The notes under the pieces: generated by a model
Seen by the model: only the letters and a program-made list of their open reading frames with translations
What the model was told of the DNA's origin: nothing
The model's database searches: none
Shown here: positions 1 to 8,243 of the stretch, piece by piece
How positions within the stretch are numbered: position 1 is the stretch's first letter
Layout of the letters: the number at the start of each line of letters is the position of its first letter
Translations under genes and position numbers: made by a program
Source of the DNA: an uncultured Muribaculaceae bacterium
Lineage (GTDB): Bacteria > Bacillota_I > Bacilli_A > RF39 > UBA660
Assembly: GCA_964545885.1 (NCBI GenBank)
Contig: CAZJHG010000003.1
Coordinates: forward strand, 1,474 to 65,473
DNA: 64,000 nucleotides
Direction: 5' to 3'

Positions 1-509
1 GTATAAAAGGAAAAAAAGTTGCTGCAGACCTTTTACTTAATTTAAGTATTGGCCAATATGACACTTATACACCATTACAATTAACAAATTATATAAATAC
101 AATAGCTACTCAAGGAAACAGATATTCACTTCATTATCTAAAAGAAATCAAAAATAAAGAAGAAACTATATATACATATAATCCAACATTACTTAATACA
201 GTAGAAAATTCTAATTTTGAAAGAATAATAGCTGGCTTTAAAGAAGTTTTATACACTGGGACTGGTCGAGGTTATACCGATACCAACTACAAACCAGCCG
301 GCAAAACTGGTACATCAGAATCAGTTTATTCTAAAGATATAACAACTATAAACCAAACCTATGCTATGTTTGCTCCATATGATAATCCTAAGTACTCAAT
401 TGTCGTAATTAGCCCTAATATATCTTATAACAACGATAATGACACCTATATAGCCCCAATAAACCGCTATATTTCCAAAGAAGTTAGTAAATTAGTATTT
501 GAAAATTGA
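1..509 (+). CDS. Penicillin-binding protein (class B transpeptidase), C-terminal fragment; 5' end outside window
   Basis: Frame 3 is open from the window edge to TGA 507-509. The translation contains GQYDTYTPLQL and the KTG box KPAGKTGTSE (nt 291-320). Absent from the ORF track because it is truncated. Confidence 0.7.
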   Translation, partial: IKGKKVAADLLLNLSIGQYDTYTPLQLTNYINTIATQGNRYSLHYLKEIKNKEETIYTYNPTLLNTVENSNFERIIAGFKEVLYTGTGRGYTDTNYKPAGKTGTSESVYSKDITTINQTYAMFAPYDNPKYSIVVISPNISYNNDNDTYIAPINRYISKEVSKLVFEN

Positions 510-556
510 AAAATATATGATACAATAGGAACGGATTAAAAAAGGAGGGCAGTACT

Positions 557-721
557 ATGGCAAAAAATGAAAATAGACCTAATATAGCTCTAGTTTGTAC
601 AGAATGTAAACATGAAAACTATGTTACTAATAAAAACAAAAAAAATACAACTGAAAAATTAGAACTTAATAAATTTTGTAAATGGTGTAATAAAACAACT
701 GTTCATAAAGAAAAAAAATAG
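557..721 (+). CDS. rpmG: 50S ribosomal protein L33
   Basis: ATG 557 to TAG 719-721, 54 aa: [54 protein letters not shown]. Two CxxC pairs and an L33-typical size. GGAGGG sits 7 nt upstream. Too short for the ORF track. Confidence 0.85.
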   Translation: MAKNENRPNIALVCTECKHENYVTNKNKKNTTEKLELNKFCKWCNKTTVHKEKK

Positions 722-739
722 TGTAAGAGGGTGTAATTA

Positions 740-1306
740 ATGAACGGATTAATTAATATTAACGATATAAAAAATGGTATGACTATCATTTATGATGGCA
801 AGTTATATCTAGTTCAAAGCTTCTTACATGTTAAACCAGGTAAGGGTGCTGCTTTCATGAAAGTTAAAATGCGTAACTTAAGAACTGGTGCTACTATTGA
901 AGAAACTATTAACAGCAGTGTTAAAGTAGAAAAAGCTCATGTAGAAAAGAAAAAAATGGCTTATTTATACAATAGCGGAACAGGTTATGTATTCATGGAT
1001 AATGAAACATATGAACAAACTGAAATTTCTGAAGATAAATTAGAGAACGAAAAGAAATTCTTGCTTGAAAATATGGAAGTACAAATTGCTTTCTATCAAG
1101 GAGAAATAATCGGTATTACATTACCTGAAAAGGTTGAATATACTGTTACTGAAACTACAGAAGCAGTTAAAGGTAATACTACTAATAATGCACAAAAAGA
1201 TGCAACATTAGAAAATGGTCTTGTAGTTAAAGTTCCTTTATTTATAAGTGAAGGAGAAAAAATAATCGTATCTACAGAAGATGGAAAATACTCAAGTAGA
1301 GCTTAA
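740..1306 (+). CDS. efp: Elongation factor P
   Basis: 188 aa with HVKPGKGAAFMKVKMRNLRTG, the conserved EF-P loop, and EF-P-like sequence along its full length. RBS AGAGGG. Confidence 0.95.
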   Translation: MNGLININDIKNGMTIIYDGKLYLVQSFLHVKPGKGAAFMKVKMRNLRTGATIEETINSSVKVEKAHVEKKKMAYLYNSGTGYVFMDNETYEQTEISEDKLENEKKFLLENMEVQIAFYQGEIIGITLPEKVEYTVTETTEAVKGNTTNNAQKDATLENGLVVKVPLFISEGEKIIVSTEDGKYSSRA

Positions 1307-1464
1307 TTTAAGCAATATTTAAAATCATACTCAATGTATGGTTTTTTTAATTTTTGTTTAATTCTTAAAGAAAAAAATCATATAAGTCTACTATTTTCTT
1401 AATCAAATAAAATTTTCAAGTTTAAGAATCTATTTTTTTTGCTAAAGTTAAATAAGGTGATAGT

Positions 1465-2157
1465 ATGTATAGAATAGGTGATTTTTCTAAAATAACTGAT
1501 GTTCCTATTAAGACATTAAGATACTATGATGAGATAGATTTATTTAAACCATCTTACATAGCAAATGATAGTAATTACAGATATTATGAAGAAAGTCAAA
1601 TTAAAGAAATAGAATATATTCTTGAATTAAAAGATTTAAACCTTTCACTTCAAGAAATAAAAGACTATATTACAAAACATAATATGGAAATACTTGAAAA
1701 TAAAGAACAACAAGTTACTAATAATTCGAAAGACATATCTAATTATATATTAAATAATTCTAAGTATGATATAGAGTTATCTGACTATAAAACTTTCTTA
1801 GAAAATAATGGATTATCATCACTACAATTTCCATATGGCAAAGCAATGAAGGAAAACAAGGCTAGATATTATTTAATTAGTAAAAATGGTAAGTATTATA
1901 CAGATATGATTTTTAATATTGAAAATCACATATTAGATAGTGGACCATTAGCTGTTGAAAATGATGATGAATTAAGAATGATAATAAAACAACTAGAAAA
2001 AAATCAATTTAAAGAAGTAAAAATCTTTATCGATAATTCTGTAAACAAAAACATTTTAGAAAGACTAGAAAGAGTATTAAATATTACTAAAATAGAAGAA
2101 ATTGAAGAAGATAAACAAAACAATTCTAGATATTTATATATAGAAGGTGTAAAATGA
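1465..2157 (+). CDS. MerR-family transcriptional regulator with uncharacterised C-terminal domain
   Basis: N-terminus MYRIGDFSKITDVPIKTLRYYDEIDLFKP...YRYYEESQI matches the MerR winged-HTH signature. RBS AAGGTGA. Confidence 0.8.
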   Translation: MYRIGDFSKITDVPIKTLRYYDEIDLFKPSYIANDSNYRYYEESQIKEIEYILELKDLNLSLQEIKDYITKHNMEILENKEQQVTNNSKDISNYILNNSKYDIELSDYKTFLENNGLSSLQFPYGKAMKENKARYYLISKNGKYYTDMIFNIENHILDSGPLAVENDDELRMIIKQLEKNQFKEVKIFIDNSVNKNILERLERVLNITKIEEIEEDKQNNSRYLYIEGVK

Positions 2158-2462
2158 ACAAATATGATATAAAAAAGATGAATGCTGCGGATTTTAGACT
2201 AATATATGGAATTTCCTTTGAACAACATCCAGATTACGAAAACTTTAAAAATGATATTTTTGATTACTACGCATTATATTTAAATGAAGAATACCAAACC
2301 ATATTTTCTGTAGACAAATTAAATGATAATAGATTAACAATTATTTGGGAACTATTTGAGGATGAAGCTTTTAGAAAAGAATTATGTAATATTTTAAAAG
2401 AATATCCGTACATATCTTATTTTATTTATGTGATGAACAAAAACAATTTTTTGGTTACCTAG
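2154..2462 (+). CDS. Hypothetical protein, possibly frameshifted (see findings)
   Basis: 102-aa ORF whose ATGA start overlaps the MerR stop. A protein-like reading continues in another frame to 2548. Confidence 0.5.
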   Translation: MNKYDIKKMNAADFRLIYGISFEQHPDYENFKNDIFDYYALYLNEEYQTIFSVDKLNDNRLTIIWELFEDEAFRKELCNILKEYPYISYFIYVMNKNNFLVT

Positions 2463-2646
2463 ATAACTGCATTGAAGTAATTAAAGAAGAAGATAAATTT
2501 GAAAATTTAAATAATGTACACCAGATATTTTTTAAAATAAAAAGCTAATATACAATCAAGTAGGTGAACATTTAAAATAATTATAATGTTTATTAACAAT
2601 TTTAAATATAAAAAAGATATGATATTTATCATAAAATAAAAAAACT

Positions 2647-2676
2647 AAATGTGTGAATTAATTTCACATTTTTTTC
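2647..2676 (+). terminator. Rho-independent terminator
   Basis: aaatgtgtgaa/ttcacattt stem followed by a T7 run. Confidence 0.6.
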
Positions 2677-2728
2677 GTGTCAATAAAAGTCCAAAAATCA
2701 CAAAAATGCATACTTTAAACCGCATATG

Positions 2729-2737
2729 TGCTAAAAT
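2729..2737 (+). promoter_or_regulatory. Extended -10 promoter element (TGCTAAAAT)
   Basis: TGnTAnAAT-type box about 50 nt upstream of the hydrolase-murF-ddl genes. Confidence 0.4.
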
Positions 2738-2786
2738 ATATGTTATAGATGACTGCTTAGGGTCATACAATTAATAGGGTGATATT

Positions 2787-3515
2787 ATGTTTAAATACAA
2801 TGGAATTAATATAAATTATAAAGACTATGGTAATAAAGATGGTCTTCCTATAGTTTATTTACATGGATGGGGACAAAATATTCAAATGATGGAACCAATT
2901 GCCAACCCATTAATTAAAACACATCACCTAGTTATTTTAGATTTACCAGGCTTTGGAACATCAGATGAGCCAGACTATGCTTGGACCTTAGATGATTATG
3001 TAGAAATGATTCATACACTACTCCAAAAGCTAAATATAAATAAACCAAATTTAATAGGTCATTCTTTTGGTGGTAAACTAAGCTTACTATATGCTTCAAA
3101 ATACGAAGTAGATAAGTTAATGCTTCTAGCAAGTCCTTTCAAAGTAAGAATGAAAAAGCCATCTAAAAAAGTCCAAATATTAAAAAAGATTGCAACAATT
3201 CCAGGACTGGGAAAATTAGCAGAAACGATGAAAAAACACATAGGTTCAACCGATTATAAAAATGCCTCTCCTATAATGAGAGATATTTTGGTTAAACATG
3301 TTAATACAGATTTAACAGATGTTGCTAAAACAATAAGTTGTCCAACATTCATAATATGGGGAACAAATGATGAAGCAGTTCCAGTTAGTGATGCTCATGA
3401 GCTAGAAAAATTAATTAGAGATAGTGGCTTAGCAATATATGAAGGATGCACTCATTATGCATACTTAGAAAGACTAGGGCAAACAAATGCCATAATAGCA
3501 TCATTCTTTAAGTAA
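2787..3515 (+). CDS. Alpha/beta-fold hydrolase
   Basis: Nucleophile elbow GHSFGG, an HGWG oxyanion-region motif, a C-terminal His (CTHYAY), 242 aa. Confidence 0.8.
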   Translation: MFKYNGININYKDYGNKDGLPIVYLHGWGQNIQMMEPIANPLIKTHHLVILDLPGFGTSDEPDYAWTLDDYVEMIHTLLQKLNINKPNLIGHSFGGKLSLLYASKYEVDKLMLLASPFKVRMKKPSKKVQILKKIATIPGLGKLAETMKKHIGSTDYKNASPIMRDILVKHVNTDLTDVAKTISCPTFIIWGTNDEAVPVSDAHELEKLIRDSGLAIYEGCTHYAYLERLGQTNAIIASFFK

Positions 3516-3527
3516 GGAAGTGTCTAA

Positions 3528-5144
3528 ATGAATATATTATTTTTCATAACAATTATCATTTATTTAATACATATATCTATAATAAGTACAAAATCTCTTC
3601 ATATGTTACAACAAAATAGATATAACAGAGGATATCGTTACATAAAGTGGATTATCAAAAACTATAAAGATAATTTTATTAATTTAAATCTTTTATTTAT
3701 TATATTTATTCTAACTTTATTAAGTCCATCTCTTAATACAATAAGCCCATATTTATTTATTATAATTTATTTGTTTTTAACATACGTCTTTATCGAAGAA
3801 AGAAAAAAAGAAAATTACAAATTACCATTAAAATATACTGCACGTATTAAAAGAATTATTGTAACCGATACAATTATCTATTTAATACCATCACTTATTA
3901 TGCTACTAACATATAATGAGGAATATTTAAGTATATATTATATTATCTTAGGACTTATGTCTTATCTAAATTTATTCATAATAATGTTTGCAAACTTTAT
4001 AAATCGTCCAGTTGAAAAATTAGTAGGCAAGCACTTTGAAAATCAAGCCAAAAATAAACTTGCTAGCATGACCAATATGGAAGTAATTGGTGTAACAGGT
4101 AGTTATGGTAAAACAAGTACAAAAAACATTTTACACGACATCTTATCAGTAAAATACAATGTATTTAAAACTCCAGCCAACTTTAATACACCATTTGGTT
4201 TAATGATTACAATAAATGAACATCTAGATAAGTATAATGACTACTTTATAGCTGAAATGGGGGCTTGTAAAACAGGTGAAATAAAAGAGCTATGTGATTT
4301 AGTTCATCCTAAATATGGTATTCTTACTAGAGTAGGCCTAGCTCATTTAGAAACATTTGGATCAGAAGAAGCGATACAGCATACTAAGTTTGAACTTATT
4401 GAATCACTACCAAGTGATGGTATAGGTATTCTAAATGGTGATGACGAAAAGCAGCTAAGTTACAAAATAAAAAACGACTGTAAAATTCTTTGGATTGGTA
4501 TAGATAATCAAAAAGTAGATTGCTATGCTAAGGATTTAGAACTAACTTACAAAGGAACAAAGTTTAAAGTAAAATTTAAAAATGATGAAAAAGAATACGA
4601 ATTTGAAACTAAGTTATTAGGTCGTAATAATATCTATAATATTCTAGCAGGCATTACACTAGGTAGAGAATTAGGTATTAGTATGACTAACTTACAAAAA
4701 GCTGTAAAAAGAGTATCACCTATTGAACATAGATTATCAATGAAAAAATACTATGATATTAATATAATAGATGATGCTTATAATTCAAACCCAATGGGAT
4801 GTAAAATGGCTTTAGAAGTTCTAGCTATGATGCCAGGTAAACATATTATAGTAACACCAGGTATGATAGAAGTCGGTGCTAAAGAAGACGAAGTAAACAA
4901 GGAATTTGGTCGTCAAATAGCTGAAAGTACAGACGAAGTAATTCTAATTGGGGAAGAAAAAACTAAGCATATATATGAAGGATTGATAGAAAAAAAATTC
5001 CCTAAAGATAAAATTCATATATTAAACGACGTAATGGAGGCTTTTCCATTAATGTTGAAATTAAAAGATAAAGAAACATATGTATTATTAGAAAATGATT
5101 TACCAGATTCATTTAATGAAAAAATAAGGAGTGATAAAAAATGA
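3528..5144 (+). CDS. murF: UDP-MurNAc-tripeptide--D-Ala-D-Ala ligase (MurF) with N-terminal polytopic membrane extension
   Basis: Mur-ligase P-loop GVTGSYGKTSTKN, then DDAYNSNP and a MurF-like C-terminal domain. The first ~165 aa are five hydrophobic helices. Confidence 0.8.
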   Translation: MNILFFITIIIYLIHISIISTKSLHMLQQNRYNRGYRYIKWIIKNYKDNFINLNLLFIIFILTLLSPSLNTISPYLFIIIYLFLTYVFIEERKKENYKLPLKYTARIKRIIVTDTIIYLIPSLIMLLTYNEEYLSIYYIILGLMSYLNLFIIMFANFINRPVEKLVGKHFENQAKNKLASMTNMEVIGVTGSYGKTSTKNILHDILSVKYNVFKTPANFNTPFGLMITINEHLDKYNDYFIAEMGACKTGEIKELCDLVHPKYGILTRVGLAHLETFGSEEAIQHTKFELIESLPSDGIGILNGDDEKQLSYKIKNDCKILWIGIDNQKVDCYAKDLELTYKGTKFKVKFKNDEKEYEFETKLLGRNNIYNILAGITLGRELGISMTNLQKAVKRVSPIEHRLSMKKYYDINIIDDAYNSNPMGCKMALEVLAMMPGKHIIVTPGMIEVGAKEDEVNKEFGRQIAESTDEVILIGEEKTKHIYEGLIEKKFPKDKIHILNDVMEAFPLMLKLKDKETYVLLENDLPDSFNEKIRSDKK

Positions 5145-6352
5145 TTAAAGTAGGAGTAATATTTGGTGGTGAAACTGTTGAACACGAAATAAGTATCATT
5201 ACTGCAGTTCAAGCAATGAGCTTTATGGATACAACAAAGTATGAGGTAGTACCTATCTACATTAGCAAAAATAGAAATTGGTATACAGGAAATGCATTAA
5301 AAGATATGGCTTCATACAAAAATTTAGAAGAAATACCAATGATTGCAAAAGAAGTAACATTAACTAAAAAAGATGATAAATTTATTTTACAAAAAAAACG
5401 TGGATTATTTAAAGGAATAGCTAATACAATTGATGTAGCTTTCCCAATCGTGCATGGTAAAGGAACAGAAGATGGCTCATTATCTGGGTATTTAGAAACT
5501 TTAGGAATACCTTATGTTGGTCCATCAATGTTAGGAGCTTCTCTAGGTCAAGACAAAGTAGTTCAAAAACAAGTTCTTGCTGCATCTGGAGTTCCAGTAG
5601 TAGACTATACATGGTTCTATGACCATGAATATCGCGATAATGAAGAAAAGATTATCAAAGATATCAAAAAACTTGGTCTACCAGTTATCGTAAAACCTGC
5701 TCGCCTAGGTAGTAGTGTTGGTATTGAAGTAGCAAAAACAGAAGATGAATTAATTAGTGCCATTGAAGAGGCAATCAAATACGATGAAAAAATTGTTGTT
5801 GAAGCGATGGTAAAAAATCTTATGGAAGTAGATTGTGCAGTTCTAGGTAATAGTGAAGAAATGGAGTGTTCCCTAACTGGTGAAATGTTAACAGATAATG
5901 ACTTCCTTACTTTTGAAGATAAATATATCGGTGAAAGCGGAAATGGTGGTAAAAAAGGTGGAGCCAAAGGAAACAACGGTGGAAAAATCACTACTAGTGG
6001 ATTCAAAATTCCAGCTGATTTAGACAAAGATATTGAAGAGGAAATATACGAAGTATCTAAAAAAGCCTTTAGAGCCTTAAATCTAAGTGGCGTAACAAGA
6101 TTTGATTTCTTAATAGATAAAAAAGCAAAAAAAGTATACGTTAATGAGCCAAATACAATTCCTGGTTGCTTAGCATTCTTCTTCTTTACACCAAAAGGAA
6201 AAAAATATCCACAATTACTAGATGAATTAATAAAAGGTGCAATCAAAGAATATAAAGATTCACGTAAAAAAGTAACTAGTTTTGACTCAAATGTTCTAAG
6301 TACTTACAACGGATCAAAAGGAGCCAAAGGAGCTAAAGGTAAAATGATGTAA
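5141..6352 (+). CDS. ddl: D-alanine--D-alanine ligase
   Basis: MIKVGVIFGGETVEHEISI, HGKGTEDGSLSGYLE, and the ATP-grasp C-terminus NEPNTIPG. The ATGA start overlaps the murF stop. Confidence 0.9.
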   Translation: MIKVGVIFGGETVEHEISIITAVQAMSFMDTTKYEVVPIYISKNRNWYTGNALKDMASYKNLEEIPMIAKEVTLTKKDDKFILQKKRGLFKGIANTIDVAFPIVHGKGTEDGSLSGYLETLGIPYVGPSMLGASLGQDKVVQKQVLAASGVPVVDYTWFYDHEYRDNEEKIIKDIKKLGLPVIVKPARLGSSVGIEVAKTEDELISAIEEAIKYDEKIVVEAMVKNLMEVDCAVLGNSEEMECSLTGEMLTDNDFLTFEDKYIGESGNGGKKGGAKGNNGGKITTSGFKIPADLDKDIEEEIYEVSKKAFRALNLSGVTRFDFLIDKKAKKVYVNEPNTIPGCLAFFFFTPKGKKYPQLLDELIKGAIKEYKDSRKKVTSFDSNVLSTYNGSKGAKGAKGKMM

Positions 6353-6376
6353 GATGGTCAAAAGACCATCTTTTTA
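6352..6376 (+). terminator. Rho-independent terminator after ddl
   Basis: agatggtc-aaaa-gaccatct stem followed by T5. Confidence 0.75.
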
Positions 6377-6517
6377 AATTCGCCAATATCAAGTTAATCA
6401 AATTAGAAAGTCAATATTTTGAATCGAGATTTTACGTAAATTTACACTTACTTGAAATGATAAAACATGAAAAAAGATTTACAAACCCTATTAATTAAAG
6501 TATTATAATTATAGACA

Positions 6518-6541
6518 GTGGTACATTGTGGAGGAAAGTGG
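6518..6541 (+). promoter_or_regulatory. MraZ operator: three GTGG direct repeats at exact 10-bp spacing
   Basis: GTGGtacatt GTGGaggaaa GTGGggaatt, with repeats starting at 6518, 6528 and 6538. They lie just downstream of a TATAAT at 6504-6509 and upstream of mraZ. Confidence 0.7.
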
Positions 6542-6552
6542 GGAATTTGAAA

Positions 6553-6999
6553 ATGTTCATGGGCGAATATCATCATAATATTGATGAAAAAGGACGACTT
6601 ATAATTCCTGCCAAATTCCGAACAGAACTTGGTGAAAAATTCATCCTTACTCGTGGTTTAGAAAAATGTCTCTACGTATATTCCGAATCCGAGTGGAATA
6701 ATATAGTTGCCAAATTAAAAACTCTACCTTTTACCAAAAAAGACGTCCGTACGTTCATCAGATCCTTCTTTTCTGGTGCCACTGAATGTGAATTTGATCG
6801 TCAAGGTCGAATTAACATTACCTCCCCATTGGTTAGTTACGCCGGTATTACTAAAGAATGTGTAGTTATCGGCGCAAACGACCGTCTTGAAATATGGTCA
6901 GAAGAAGGATGGAATAACTTTTTCCTAGAAAACTCTGAAAAAATAGAAGACATAGCAGAAAATCTGTTTAATGGGAGTGAATTAAATGAAACATTATAG
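6553..6999 (+). CDS. mraZ: Transcriptional regulator MraZ
   Basis: [23 protein letters not shown], and a second half with FDRQGRINI (duplicated SpoVT/AbrB-like halves). The ORF-track start 6526 lies inside the operator, so ATG 6553 is preferred. Confidence 0.9.
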   Translation: MFMGEYHHNIDEKGRLIIPAKFRTELGEKFILTRGLEKCLYVYSESEWNNIVAKLKTLPFTKKDVRTFIRSFFSGATECEFDRQGRINITSPLVSYAGITKECVVIGANDRLEIWSEEGWNNFFLENSEKIEDIAENLFNGSELNETL

Positions 7000-7909
7000 T
7001 GTATTACTAAAAGAATCCATAGAAGGATTAAATATCAAAGAAGATGGCATATATGTAGATGCTACATTAGGATATGGAGGACATAGTAGTGAAATTTTAA
7101 AAAAACTAACTACTGGCCATTTATATTCATTCGATCAAGACGAAGAAGCCATCCAAGATTCGAAAAAAAGATTAATGGGAATAGGTAATAATTTCACAAT
7201 AATCTATAGTAACTTCGTAAATATGAAAGAAAAATTGAAAGAACAAGGTATTACTAAAGTAGATGGTATTATATTTGACTTAGGTTTATCTAGCCCTCAA
7301 ATAGACAATAAAGATAGAGGTTTTACCTTTATGACAGATGCACCATTAGACATGCGTATGGATACATCCCAACCCCTAACAGCTGCTACAATAGTAAATA
7401 CATATAGTATTGAAGAACTATCAAACATTTTTTTTATCTATGGCGAAGAGAAAATGTCAAAAATAATTGCTAAAAAAATAGTAAGTGAAAGACTAAAAAA
7501 AGAAATAAAAACTACAAAAGAGTTAGTAAAAATTATTGAATCAGCAGTCGGAGCAAAATATTTTAATAAAAATCATCCAGAAAGACAAATATTCCAAGCA
7601 ATAAGAATTGAAGTTAATGGTGAATTAGATGTATTAAAAAAAGTTCTACCTGATGCAATTAATTTATTAAATAAATCTGGAAGAATATCAGTAATAACAT
7701 TCCATTCTTTGGAAGATAGAATAGTAAAACAGATATTCAAGCAAAATAGTGAAGTTGACGATTTAGTAAAAGGACTTCCAATTATTCCAAAGGAATTTCA
7801 ACCTAAATTAAAGTTAGTTAATAAAAAACCAATCCTACCTAGCGACGTAGAATTAGAAGAAAATTCACGAAGTAGGAGTGCAAAACTACGTATCGTCGAA
7901 AGGATATGA
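6986..7909 (+). CDS. rsmH: 16S rRNA (cytosine1402-N4)-methyltransferase RsmH
   Basis: [10 protein letters not shown]...[10 protein letters not shown]...[10 protein letters not shown]...[10 protein letters not shown] are canonical MraW/RsmH motifs. Positioned after mraZ. Confidence 0.95.
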   Translation: MKHYSVLLKESIEGLNIKEDGIYVDATLGYGGHSSEILKKLTTGHLYSFDQDEEAIQDSKKRLMGIGNNFTIIYSNFVNMKEKLKEQGITKVDGIIFDLGLSSPQIDNKDRGFTFMTDAPLDMRMDTSQPLTAATIVNTYSIEELSNIFFIYGEEKMSKIIAKKIVSERLKKEIKTTKELVKIIESAVGAKYFNKNHPERQIFQAIRIEVNGELDVLKKVLPDAINLLNKSGRISVITFHSLEDRIVKQIFKQNSEVDDLVKGLPIIPKEFQPKLKLVNKKPILPSDVELEENSRSRSAKLRIVERI

Positions 7910-7913
7910 TAAT

Positions 7914-8225
7914 ATGACAAACAAGGTTGTTAAAAAAAAGAAAAAGATAAAAAAATCAATTAAAGCCGAAAGGACAATTATTTTTATAATGCTTGCAATA
8001 TTTGCAGCAATACCAACTTGCAACGTTTATACTAAAGCGAGATTATCAGAAACTAACATCGCCTTAGAAGAAGTGAAAAATGATATAAAAGACCAAGAAC
8101 GTATTAATGAGAGCTTAAAAATGGAAATAAGCGAACTTGCATCTTTAGATACAATTCAAGAGGTGGCCGATGCCCATGGTTTGACATATCAAAATGGTAA
8201 TATAAAAGTTGTCACTAATGAATAA
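7914..8225 (+). CDS. ftsL: Cell division protein FtsL
   Basis: Small bitopic protein: Lys-rich N-terminus, one TM segment, then a coiled coil. Positioned between rsmH and the PBP. ATG 7914 follows the rsmH stop (7907-7909). Confidence 0.7.
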   Translation: MTNKVVKKKKKIKKSIKAERTIIFIMLAIFAAIPTCNVYTKARLSETNIALEEVKNDIKDQERINESLKMEISELASLDTIQEVADAHGLTYQNGNIKVVTNE

Positions 8226-8243
8226 TACAAGGAGTTAATGTAT

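Noticed and set aside
2617-2634. Palindrome TATGATA-TT-TATCATA and a 17-codon mini-ORF (from ATG 2587) in the long intergenic region
   Set aside because: The mini-ORF has no properly spaced RBS. The palindrome is short and AT-only, with no supporting context.
5617-6246. 209-aa minus-strand ORF inside ddl
   Set aside because: It lies antisense to a well-supported ddl gene. The translation is low-complexity, Ser/Phe/Leu/Pro-rich and has no RBS. This is a typical shadow ORF of an AT-rich, GAA/AAA-rich coding strand.
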